Positions 52,874 to 64,000 of a DNA stretch of 64,000 nucleotides are shown piece by piece. This DNA comes from the human T2T-CHM13v2.0 reference genome, Homo sapiens. The position numbers and the translations under genes are program-made. Numbering within the stretch: the stretch's first letter is position 1; every line of letters begins with the position of its first letter. The DNA lies in NCBI RefSeq assembly GCF_009914755.1, contig NC_060944.1. One strand, 5' to 3'. The notes beneath the pieces were generated by a model that did not search any database, was not told the DNA's origin, and saw only the letters and a program-made list of their open reading frames with translations.

Positions 52874-54040
52874 GCTACTTTGTTTTTAATGAAAGCAAGG
52901 CTTTTCCTTCTTTTTCAATGATCCCAGTTCACACCCAAATCTGTCATCTCCTGATTCTCAGAGGTATTAATCAAGCTGTCAGTAAGAATTTACCAAGGAC
53001 TTGTTCTCAGATTCAAAGGATAGTGAATGGCACTAGGACAGTTAAAAATCAGATGCTAAATTCATAGCACATATGGTCTAGCTGGGAAGATAAAAATACT
53101 TAGCTTTTGTATTAAGTATTTAATTTAAAAAAACCCTCCCTTTTTATTGCCAGGAAAAACCTACAAGAGAAAAACCATGCTTGGAGAACATCAGAGATTC
53201 TTTTGGCTAGCAGAGTTTGTAGTTTTCAGTCTCTTAAGGGATATTTCATGTTGCCCATATACAAGCCTCAGACGCCCCATTTTGCTCACATGCAATAGAA
53301 AATTAGGCCATTTCTGTTCCAGTGACTCAGCACCAAAGAAGTCATCCATCTCAGATTTAAAATTAACTGCGAAATGCAAAAGAGACAACTCAGTATAGGG
53401 GGAGTGAAAGAAGTAAGATATTTTGCAAGCTTAAAAACATTTTGGAATGAAAATCATCCTTGTAAAGCTGGAAACTAGAAGAAAATTCTGCCAATTTCTT
53501 TTTGTAAAAAAAATGTATCTTGAAACTTTTAAGGAGTATTTTATCAAAGGATCCATTCCCAGCAATGTTATTTTGAGGATCTATTTGATACCAGCTGACA
53601 TGCTTCTATTTAGCATTTCACTGACTTCAAAAATCACAGCACCCAAATTACAGGCTCTAACTGAAGAAGGGAGTAGGTCTGTGAGCTGAGTTTGATTAAT
53701 GTATTCACTTCTATCCCTGTCTCTTTCTTGCCTTTGATAATGAGTGAAACTGCTGCATGAGTTACTCATTTATTTTGGAAGAAAAGAAAAGGAAAATGGG
53801 GTTTGGTGGCTCCCAGGTGAGCTGACTCTTCATGTACGTCTTCCTTGTGGTCATCCGCATTGAAGCAGGTCACTGTACACTGGCCAGGCTTGTGCAGATG
53901 ACTTATGAACCTGGCTGGTCTGCTTTAGATGAAAGCATGATGGTGCAGGAGGTCCTGTGGTCCTTCTCACAAATGGCGAGGAAAATTCTTCACCAGATGA
54001 GTGTAGCCTGAGATGCTTTTGTGAAGGTTGACATCTGCTT

Positions 54041-54087
54041 GTGATGTGATGTGATGTGATGTGATGTGATGTGATGTGATGTGATGT
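54041..54087. repeat. (GTGAT)9 pentanucleotide repeat
   Basis: Read directly. Confidence 0.97.
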
Positions 54088-54128
54088 GTTCCTTAGTCAG
54101 TTTCCACTGAGGGCAGATAAAGAAAGGC

Positions 54129-54527
54129 TGTATTAGTCTGCTCTTGCATTGCTATAAAAAGCAAATTACCTGAGACTGGGTAATTTATAAAGAAAAGAGG
54201 TTCAATGTGCTCACTGTTCTGTAGGCTGTACAGGAAGCATGATGCTGGTATCTGCTCGGCTGCTGGGGAGGCCTCAGGAAACTTTCAATCATGGTGGAAG
54301 GCAAAGGGGAAGCAGGCACGTCTTACATGTCCAGAGAAGGAGGAAGGTGGGGAGGAGGTGCTACACACTTTTAAACAATCAGATCTCACAAGAGCTCTAT
54401 CACAAAAACACCAAAAGGGGAAGTCTGCCCCCAGGTTCCAATCACCTCCTACCAGGCCCCACCTCCAACAATGGGGATTACAATTTGACTTGAAATTTGG
54501 GTGGGGACATAAACCCAAACCATATCA
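54129..54527 (-). mobile_element. MSTA-like solo LTR
   Basis: tgtattagtc...ccaaaccatatca; TSD aaggc/aagtc. Confidence 0.92.
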
Positions 54528-54946
54528 AAGTCTCATTTTTTCAAGAGAGAGATTCGTTTATATGGTGTCTTCAAACAGGGACTTCTTTTCCTAAGTTACT
54601 CCACAGTTGACCCAACTGAGGAATCCCTAATGCTTCCTCTTGAGCTGAAGCAATGCATTCTCCTAGAGATCTGCATGGTAACCACCTCTTCAATCCCATC
54701 CAAGGAAACCCTGACCCAGTGACGTGACCTGCACTGTTGTCTGGAAGGACTCATCTGGGTTCAGGTGTTTCTGTGGTTAAGGTTCTCAAATTGGGATCTT
54801 TCGTGATTACCTGTGAATACTTCAATGAGGTTAAAAGTGTAACCAGATGCACCAGGAATGTGAAAGGAATATTTTGTATTTTTCAATGAACTATCCACAG
54901 CTAATACTTTTTATCTTCAATCAGTGTTTCCCACGTGAGAAGCCAG

Positions 54947-55762
54947 CACCACCACCTTCATCAATATCACCATGACTTTCATCGTCATCACCATTACAAC
55001 CACCATCATTAATATCACCATCACCTTCACGTAACTACCTCCACAACCACCATTCTCAATATCACCATCACCTTCATTACCACCACTACAACCACCATCA
55101 ATATCACCATCACCTTCATCATCACCACCACCACAACCACCATCAATATCACCATCACCTTCATCACCACCACCATCATCATCAATATCACTATCACTTT
55201 CATCATCACCACCAGCACCACAACCACCATCAATATCACCATTACCTTCATCATCACCATCATCACAACCACCATCGTCAATATCACCATCACTTTCATA
55301 ATCACCACCACCACAACCACCATCAATATCACCATCACCTTAATCATCACCACAACCACCATCAATATCACCATCACCTTCATCACCACAACCACCATCT
55401 CACAATCACTTTCATCATCACCACCACCATAACCATCGTCAATATCACCATCACCTTCATCATCACCACAACCACCATCAACCATATCACCATCACTTTC
55501 ATCATCACCACCACCACAACCACCATCAATACCACCTTCATCATCACCACCACCACAAATCACCATCATATCACCCTCACTTTCATCATTACCACAATCA
55601 CCATCAATATCACCATCCCCTTCACCATCACTACCAACACAGCCACCATCATCAATATCACCCTCAACTTTATTATCACCTCCACCATCAGCAGCAGCAT
55701 CAACTTCATCATCACCATCACCACCTCTGCCATCAGCAGCATCATTATTATCTTCATCATCA
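54947..55762. repeat. (CAC/CAT)-based low-complexity array with ~39-45-bp higher-order unit
   Basis: Recurrent accaccatcaatatcaccatcaccttcatcatcacc; almost G-free top strand. Confidence 0.95.
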
Positions 55763-56729
55763 TGGTTTCAGCCACAATCGGAATCAACAGCCGTCACCCA
55801 GAGTTGAAGGAGGTAGGAAAATGCTTTTGTAAAGCACACCTCAAATGAAAAAAAAAAAAAGCTTATTGCCTATAAATCGACCATGGATTTCTTGGAAATA
55901 ATTTCTAATTCATTCAAGATTTTAAGCATGCTAACTGCTTTTTATTATGAAAATGCTGCAGGCTACTTTTAGGGAAGGGCAAGAACACAGGGTCTAAAAA
56001 TGGTCCTAGTTAATGGTGAATTTTGAAATAAATCGATGCTATGCTTGATATATTCTGAATTTTATATGTTCAAAGTGGATGGGAGAAAAATGAATCACCT
56101 GTAGAGAAAATATATGTGAATTCTCAGAGGACTTTTAAAAAGTGAGACCACTTAGATTTGATACAATTTGAGTTGATCCAAATCCTGCCATGTCACAGGG
56201 TTTATGAAGCCAAATCAAAAGAGAGGGGAAACATTCACCTGTGTTAATATTCATGCATTTATTATTGTTCTTTCTCTTCATAAAGTAGAGAATTTAAAGG
56301 TTATTATAAAGCTCTCCCATGAATTATTCTGTCCAGTAAAAGTAAGCAGCTGCTAAGGGGGAGAGAAATAAAACTGGAAAACCCAAGTAGTCCTATGAAA
56401 GAAAGAGTGTGTGACTATGTCAGATTTTGGGGTGTTTTCCTTTGCTCCAATGACCATTAGAAATTCCAATCGAAGTGAACTCAACTTAGAACTCATTTAT
56501 GCCTAAACCAAACCACATCTTGCAAACCTGGAAGGTCCCCAAATTGTTTCAGGTTGAAGCTATGGGGAGTGTCTTTGCTTGGGTTCTCCCACAAGCAGAG
56601 CCTGAGTCAAGGGCTTGGGTTCAGATAGATTATGGAAGCAATCCCAGGAACTGGAATGGAAGGACTGGGAATAGTGAAATAGAGAAAGAGAAGAAGCTAA
56701 TACAAGGATGCATTTTGAGTTAGTTACTG

Positions 56730-57262
56730 TGTGGCAGTTTTAAAATATGGCTGCAGATGTTTGATGCTCCTCCAATCTAGAGGTGGGCTCTATGCCCCCT
56801 CTCCTTTCCTGTGACTCTTCCGGCTAGCAAAAGTTATGCTATGTGATTTTCCAAGGCTTGGTCATAAAAGATCATTTAGCTTCCATCTTATTTGCTAAAA
56901 CACTTGCTCTTGGAATCCTGAGCTACCATGCCTGAAGTCTGCCATGCTGGGAGGAAGCCCAAGCCACGTGAGGAGGCTACATTTAGGCCCTCTGCTGGGG
57001 AGTCCTAGCCAAGGCTAATCTGTGAGCCATTGCAGGCAGACATTACACAAGTGATTGAAGAATTCTGTCATGATTCAAGCCTCTAGTGATTTGAGTTGCT
57101 GGCAGAATTTCAACTCTTTCCAGCAGAGGCCTCACACACATTAGGGCTATGTCTTATCTGATTTTCTGACTCACAGAGTCAACGAGCAGAATAAACTGGT
57201 TCTTGTTTTATGTCACAAAGTTTTGAGGTGGTTGGCTATGCACCAATAGACAACTGGGTACA
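56730..57262 (+). mobile_element. MLT1F/G-like LTR nested in an LTR33/LTR16-like antisense fragment (~56568-57380)
   Basis: tgtggcagttttaaaatatggctgca...ggtcataaaag...ccatgctgggaggaagcccaag...aatagacaactgggtaca. Confidence 0.75.
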
Positions 57263-57419
57263 CAGGTGGACAACTAGGCTCAATCCACTGGAGACCCTCT
57301 CAGAAACCATGTAGAATGTGTCCCTCATTGTCTGCTGAGACATCAAGAGGGGAATATTTGAATATTTGCCACTGACTCCAGACTCCCTCCCTTTCCAACC
57401 TGGCACTGTTTTTATTTAT

Positions 57420-57790
57420 TTTATACTTTGCATGGACTTTTTCTCCAGATATTTGCATGACTGTATCATTTACTCCCTAAGATCCATGTGCAAAGTTTGC
57501 CTCCTCAAGGAGCCCTTTTCTCCCTATTCCTGTTAAATTGCATCCTCTCAGCCTTCTTCTCCTTCCTGCTATATTGATCTCCATGGCACTCATCACCCTC
57601 TAATAAACTATAACGTTTCCTTATTATTTGGGTTACTTCTTTCTTCTCTTTATTAGAATATAAACTCTGTGAGAGCAGTAATGTTTGTCTGTTTGCTCAG
57701 TGATGTAGTCTTGGCCCCTAGAAAGTGCCTGGCATAGAGTAGGTACTCCATAGACACATATGGAATGAAACAAACATGAAGTGAGGTGGA
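57420..57790 (+). mobile_element. L2 3' end
   Basis: attagaatataaactctgtgagagcag...cctagaaagtgcctggcatagagtaggtactc. Confidence 0.75.
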
Positions 57791-58255
57791 GAATCCTGGG
57801 GGTGAGGGAGAGGAAAGCCTGGTGGACAGGTGTCAGGGGAAGTTTGCTGGAGGAGGTAACAGTTAAGTTTGGCCCAGAAGGATAAGAATAGGCTCATTGG
57901 CTGAAGGTGTGGCAGAAAGGGTATCCCAGATGGAGGGGACATCTGTGTACAGAACTTGCCACACACGAGAAACTTAAAGGAGACCAATGTGGAGTGGTAG
58001 GAATGGGGGTGGGGTAGTGACACAAGATGAGACTGGAGAGATGGCAGGAGTGACATTGTACAAAGAAAGATGTGGCTCTTTGTAAGAGCTATGTCATAGG
58101 AAGGAGGAAAGCATTTGCCAGTTTCCTAATAGAGCAAAACATCAAGCTTTCTTCTATGCCCAAGTGTACCCAAGACCCCTAAAAGGTTTGCCTGGAGAGG
58201 AGGCACAGTGACTCTACGTCATCCAAGATCCCCTAGAAATGCATACTCAACTTGA

Positions 58256-58675
<420 letters not shown>

Positions 58676-59139
58676 TGACCTCTTTACAGATCCTAAATGT
58701 TTTACTGAAAAAATATAGTGACCTCTTCCAAATGCATGTGGTCAGGATCCTCTCAAAAGCCTCTACGAAGACGTGGATCCACAATGAAGAGGTCTGCTCG
58801 CCCCTCTGCCGCTCAGCCTGTTCCTCACCAGAGTCACCGTCTCTCCTCTCCAGGCAAAGGTTGGAGGGGCCTTGGGTATAGAAGAAAGCTTGAAAGGATG
58901 TTTATATGAGGTCTTAGAGGTGAAGTCCTCAAACAGTAGACTCCAGCATCCAGATCTTTCCTAGGTTTGGTCTCTGCATTAATCAGGACCCTAGATTACA
59001 AGTGACGTTTTGCTCTATTAGGAAACTGGTGAGTGCTTTCCCCCTTCCTATGACACAGCTCTTACAAAGAGTCACATCTTTCTTCGAAATCTGAGACTGG
59101 GGGCTTTTCTACAGTGGCATGAGTTAACTTGGGACTGAA

Positions 59140-59510
59140 CTGTCAGAGTGTTCCAGCCCTTTTGGCCACAGAGACTGGCTCAATGAGATAGCCAAGGGGT
59201 CCAGTCAGAGCCAATGAGACTTAGCTCTCCCATGGAAACTGAGGGATATGAAACTCACATCTCTATGGGAGTTGCTGGATCTGCCAGAAGCCACGCCACG
59301 CCACAAAGAGAGGCTGCCCAAGAATGGAGCCCACAGAGGGGAAGGCAGACCTAAAGATGGGGAAGAAGGCTGCCTAGACCTAGAACCTGAAGTTAACCAT
59401 ACCTGAAAGTCTATATTTGGAGTTTTAAAAAGATATGATGAACTAGCAATTGTCCATTTTATTTGAGCCATTTGATTTGATTTCTGCCACCTGTAATCTA
59501 AAGTCCTGAT
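59140..59510 (+). mobile_element. Old MLT1 (I/J/K-like) LTR fragment
   Basis: tggccacagagactgg...gccaatgaga...ttctgccacctgtaatctaaagtcctga. Confidence 0.5.
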
Positions 59511-61430
59511 GAATGCAGGGACCAAACCTAGAAAAGGTCTGAGATGTGCTGATGGGTGCCAGAGTCGGCTGTGCAAGGACTTCAGCTCTAAGGCCTCATA
59601 GAGAACATCCTTGTGATTTAAATGACATATCATCTTTTAATTGGGGCTGATTTAAGCTTTCATTTTAACATTGTTCCAACTTCTGCGGGCCTCAGTTTAG
59701 ATCACGGTGTGGTGGTTGATCCCCTGATGCTGTGTAAGCCGAGGACTGGCTTCCTGTGAATAAGGAGGCTTCCCAGGCTGAACCACACCCGAAACTCATC
59801 AGCCTCTTTTTATCATTTCCTGAAAGAAAAAAAAAAAGGAAATGCAAAAGACACAATAGTTAATATTTGGCAGAAACAGATACATTAAATTAAAATTTAA
59901 AACTTTGATTTTTTGGAAACTTCCTATGAATACTGTTTGGTTTGGACTTTCCTTTTGTGTCTACACTTTTCCTTCTCATTACAAGTTCAAAATGTTAGTT
60001 CTGGTTCATTTTTTATTTCTTCTTAAATACTGGCTTTAATTCCCGGAGGGTCCCATTGTCTACTAAAGATGTTTAAACATGATATGTTCGAGGTTACAAA
60101 GACACTTTGAGTATTTTCTTAAAAATTCTTTTGGTTTTGGCAAGGTTTAGAATCCATAAACACACTCTGTTCTGCGTTCTTTTACTCACTATTTACCTAT
60201 TTCTTTATAAAGTGGTGATTTTCCTTCTGTTTGAGTTACGTTCATGCTCCTCATTCGTCTCATAGTTTGCTGTCATAGGGACAAAAAATTTATTTCCAAG
60301 GAAAGAATAATTTATATGTGTTTCCCCAATGGCCCCTAAATAAGTAAATTCCATCAATGTATATATCTGGTATTGGTGTATGAAATCTTTTATTCAGAGA
60401 CATACAAATGAATCTTGGCAATAGAACGTGTATAATACAATCTTGGCATTACAAAGTGTATATCATAAGGGAAAAGAAGATGTCAAGCATTCGTATCTTT
60501 CCCACCAGTGGTTTCCATAAGCCGAAGCCACAAGGATCAGGATCGTCATGAGAGAAAGATGAGGCAGGATTTTGGCACCAAATTTCCTGTGGTTGGAATG
60601 TTGCTTAAAGTGAGTAACAACTCGCTGCTTTGTGTAACTGTATATGTGGAGTAATAAAGGCAGCCTTCTGTTATCAGTAATAGAGATATTTGTTTAAATT
60701 CTTTTTAGCCTGGGAAAACATACAATGATCCCACATGAGCCTGAGACTCTTCCTGGAGGCCAACTTTCTAGATTTTGCCGGGAAGCATCTTGAGGACCTC
60801 TTGCCTTGTGGTTGCAACACAGGAGGCAGCATTGATTCTCTGCCTCTGTCTTTGGGTCCTGCAGGGCAGGCAGCTGCCAGGGGCTGGTGGGCGCAGCCCC
60901 AGCAGGGTGAGCGCATCATCTCCAGGCCTCCCCTAAGAGACAACCTGAGCTTCACTTTGCCAGGTTTCCACTACTCTGGTTCCATCCAGAACTGACCAGG
61001 AATTCGCCAAGGACAGCCAGCTCCTCCCACTTGGCAAATCCACTATTTACGTCCAGGGCAAGTCCTCCAAAGGCCAGGGTTAACCAGGAATCATCTATCT
61101 GGCCAGAAAATAAATCCACCAGGTTCTTCGGTCCACCTCTTTGGAGAAGGACCCATGGAAGGGGGTCCTGGGAGCACAACCTGCCCTGCGGGCTCACGTG
61201 TGACCCAGGAAAGTTCTCCACCTCCTGTGCCTTTTTTCCCCCCAACAGGAAGTGTGCTGAGAGAAGCTCTGCCTTCATAGTTCCTGGGAGGCATGAACTG
61301 GTTGCTGCATGCTGAGCATTTCAAACTGGCACACGGTAGGGCTACCCATGTCTGAGTTATTGTTACATTGGTGATTCTTATAGCCAAAGGGGAGTTTCTA
61401 GTGCTGACTTGAGAAAGTTACCAGTGCCCC

Positions 61431-61843
61431 TGATATGGTTTAGATATTTGTCCCCTCCAAATTGCATGTTGAAATGTGATCCCCATTATTGGAGGTGAGA
61501 CCTGGTGGGAGGTGTCTGGGTCATGGGGGTAGATCTCTCATGAAAGGCTTGGTGCTCTCTCCCTGGTAATGAGTGAGTTCTTGGTCTGTTAGGTCACTCA
61601 AGATCTGGTTGTTTAATAGAGCCTGGCACCTCCTCCCCTCCCTCTTGCTCTCTCTCTTGCCATGTGACATGCCTACTTTCCCCCATGATCGGAAGCTTCC
61701 TGAGGTCTCACCAGAAGCTGAACAGATGCTTGCATCATGTATCCTGTGCAACCTGCAGAAACGTGGGCCAGTTAAATCTCTCTTCTTTATCAATTACTCA
61801 GTGTCAGGTATTCCTTTATAGCAACATGACATGGACTAACACA
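61431..61843 (+). mobile_element. MSTB-like solo LTR
   Basis: tgatatggtttagatatttgtcccctccaaa...ggtattcctttatagcaac...ggactaacaca; TSD gcccc/ccccc. Confidence 0.92.
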
Positions 61844-62799
61844 CCCCCAAAGGGGGAATGTAGACAAAGTCTTGGTTCTTAGAAGGCTATTTTTGTGGCT
61901 AACATCCAGCATCAAATAATGTCTCAAAAATTTAAATAAACAAAAAAATATTTAAAGTCATCCTGTCCAGAGAACATTTGAAGAAATCAATGAAAATTTG
62001 GGGTCTCATCTGGATGTTGAAAGCCCTCTTTCTCCTTTCTCATTTTTTTCTGTCATCCTCTCTCTCATTCATTCTTCCTTTCTCCAGCTTTCATTCTCTC
62101 TCTTTCTTCCTGTCTCTTTCTGTCTTCCTAATTGCACTTACAAGATGACTCAGTCTCTAATGAGGGCCCTGAAGTCTCCTGAGAAGTAAGTATAACAGCC
62201 GGAGTAATGAAGATTGTGTCCTTGATTATATCGGGTATCTGGAATCTTGACATTTGTATGCAGTTAAATTTATTTCCAGTTTACAGCCTGGGCTTATGGA
62301 GGGGACTGGGGCTAAGAAAGCACAGCCTTGTTCAAATGCAAATGGCAGTCTTGAAGGACCCTGTAAGAATGCCATCCTCTAACCATTCTCCCTCCTGCGG
62401 TTGAGGGTGCCACTGAGGATGGTGAGGAGCAAGGTGCTGTTTGAAGGAATTGCTCTGTTCCTGCCAGTTTCCTTCATAAATCCTGGGCTCAGCTCTGCCC
62501 AGGCAGCACCAGATCTGGGTCTTATGCTGTTCCACGGTCTGCCTGGGGCTCAGTCCCTGGGTCGGGACTGGCATATGGGAACCAGGATGCTGGTCCCTCT
62601 GTACCCATGGCCTCCTGTCCAGAAGGCCCTTGGGAGGGCAGCCTGGAGGGTCAGTCATTGGCGCCTCTCAGGCTTTCAGATCTGGCAATTTTTCAACAAA
62701 GCCACCAAAGACCCAGTGTCCCCTTCCCAGTTGGTGGTGCCACCAAATGCCCGGTTCCTCAAGCCAGTGAGCAGACAGCATCCTCAGGCCCTCCCTCAT

Positions 62800-63560
62800 C
62801 TTCTAGCTGCCATGGAATCTATTAAATTGAAAATGCACCCCTGTCTGTCCACTCCTCTCCACACCCTGCTGCTGTCCCCAAGTCTGCACCTCTGTCCTCA
62901 CCTGGGTCACTACAACAGCCCCCATGGGCCCTCCTGCTCCCACTCCTCTTCCCATGCCTGAAATCTACTCTCTGCGTGTATCCAGAGTGAGCTCCTGAAA
63001 ATGACCATGTGGCCCTGAGCGGATGTTTCAGCGGCTCACACTGCACTGGGAACAGCAGACTCCACCTCCTCATCACCTCCCACAAGGCCCAGCAGAGTCC
63101 TGCTGGTTCCCCAGATCACTTCCCACCACCTCCCCTCACTCCCCCATCCCAGCCGCACTGGCCTCTGGCTCCTCCTCCCACGCCCCAGTCCTCCTGCCCC
63201 AGGGCCTGTGCACCTGCTGCTCCTGCGTTCTGGAATGCTCTTCCCACAGCCGCCCTCTGACCTGCACCCTCTTGCCCTTTGTTCTTCACCCAGGTGTCAC
63301 CCACTCAGAGAACACCCCTGACCTTCCCAAGGAAGCCCTCTGCACTCCGACGCCATATACCCGTGATCTGCACAGGACTGTCACCATCTGGAATTGATTG
63401 CCTCTCTTCCCGTTTTGCTATTGTCATTTGCACCCACAGGAATGTCACCCACATGAGTGTGGAATTTCATCTGTCTGTTCGCTGCTGGATCCCTGCTCTA
63501 AGTAAGAAAAGGACCTGTGGCAGAGTGAGCTCTGGATGAGGATTTGCTGAGGAATTGAAT
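62800..63560 (+). mobile_element. L2
   Basis: ctcacctgggtcactacaacagcc; cccagggcctgtgcacctgctgctcctgcgttctggaatgctcttccc. Confidence 0.7.
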
Positions 63561-63614
63561 GAGGGAAAGACTCAGAGAATGGAATGCTGAGAATTCTACA
63601 ATAAATATTTGAAT

Positions 63615-63740
63615 CCTAGAGTGTTGGAGTCAGGAGAAGCCCTCGGAAGCCATCTAGACAAACCCATTCATTTGCAAAGGGGTAAACTGAGGCTGAGGAG
63701 AAAAAAGTGACTTGCTCCACATCCCAAGGCCTGAGGGTCT
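63615..63740 (-). mobile_element. MIR/MIR3 fragment
   Basis: ccatctagacaaacccattcatttgcaaaggggtaaactgaggctgag. Confidence 0.6.
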
Positions 63741-64000
63741 TCTCCCTGCTCTGATGGGAGAGGGACCCCCTTTGTGCTGTTGTGGGTATAATGGTGATGT
63801 GTGGCTGGAGGGTGAAGGGGCTTCTTCTGCCCTTTGACTCATTGCCTAGGAAAATAGGGACAAAAGGCGCAAATTTTTTCAAAATGCAAACAACTAAAGA
63901 CAACGTCATTCAGTAGAGACAAAGTGGGTGTTTGGGTTGACAGAGAAACAGAAAAGCTTCCCTGAGGTTGAGGAGGGAAGAGGGGGCTTGAAGGTGGGTG

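Noticed and set aside
55027-55787. 180-aa and 73-aa Val/Met/Gly/Asp-rich minus-strand ORFs
   Set aside because: By-products of the (GTG/ATG)n array; no domain, promoter or splice support

Overview
This is primate, almost certainly human, genomic DNA: AluJ/S/Y, L1PA and MST/MER61 elements are present. I could not assign the locus or any gene. No credible protein-coding exon, RNA gene or CRISPR array was found; the ORF track is explained by Alu, low-complexity or GC-rich chance ORFs. The window is a non-coding interval dense in interspersed repeats: 17 Alu/FLAM (14 on the minus strand), old L1M, L2, MIR, MaLR/ERV1/ERVL solo LTRs and hAT/Tigger DNA elements. Subfamily names come from recalled consensus motifs, boundaries of old elements are approximate, and both need RepeatMasker/Dfam confirmation. 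Five observations stand out. (1) A five-layer nested insertion at 30.1-33.4 kb whose L1 appears to carry a ~250 bp 3'-transduced or mRNA-derived tag with its own AATAAA. (2) A MER61-like solo LTR with two near-perfect p53 response elements next to a kB-like site. (3) A RUNX/ETS/CTCF-rich, repeat-poor block at 0.3-3.3 kb plus dispersed ISRE/EICE motifs, suggesting a haematopoietic or immune enhancer landscape. (4) A 56-bp CCAAT-GATA-GC box-octamer cluster. (5) Several minisatellites and non-B-DNA-prone tracts. None of this amounts to a demonstrated new biological system; all regulatory calls are motif-based inference.
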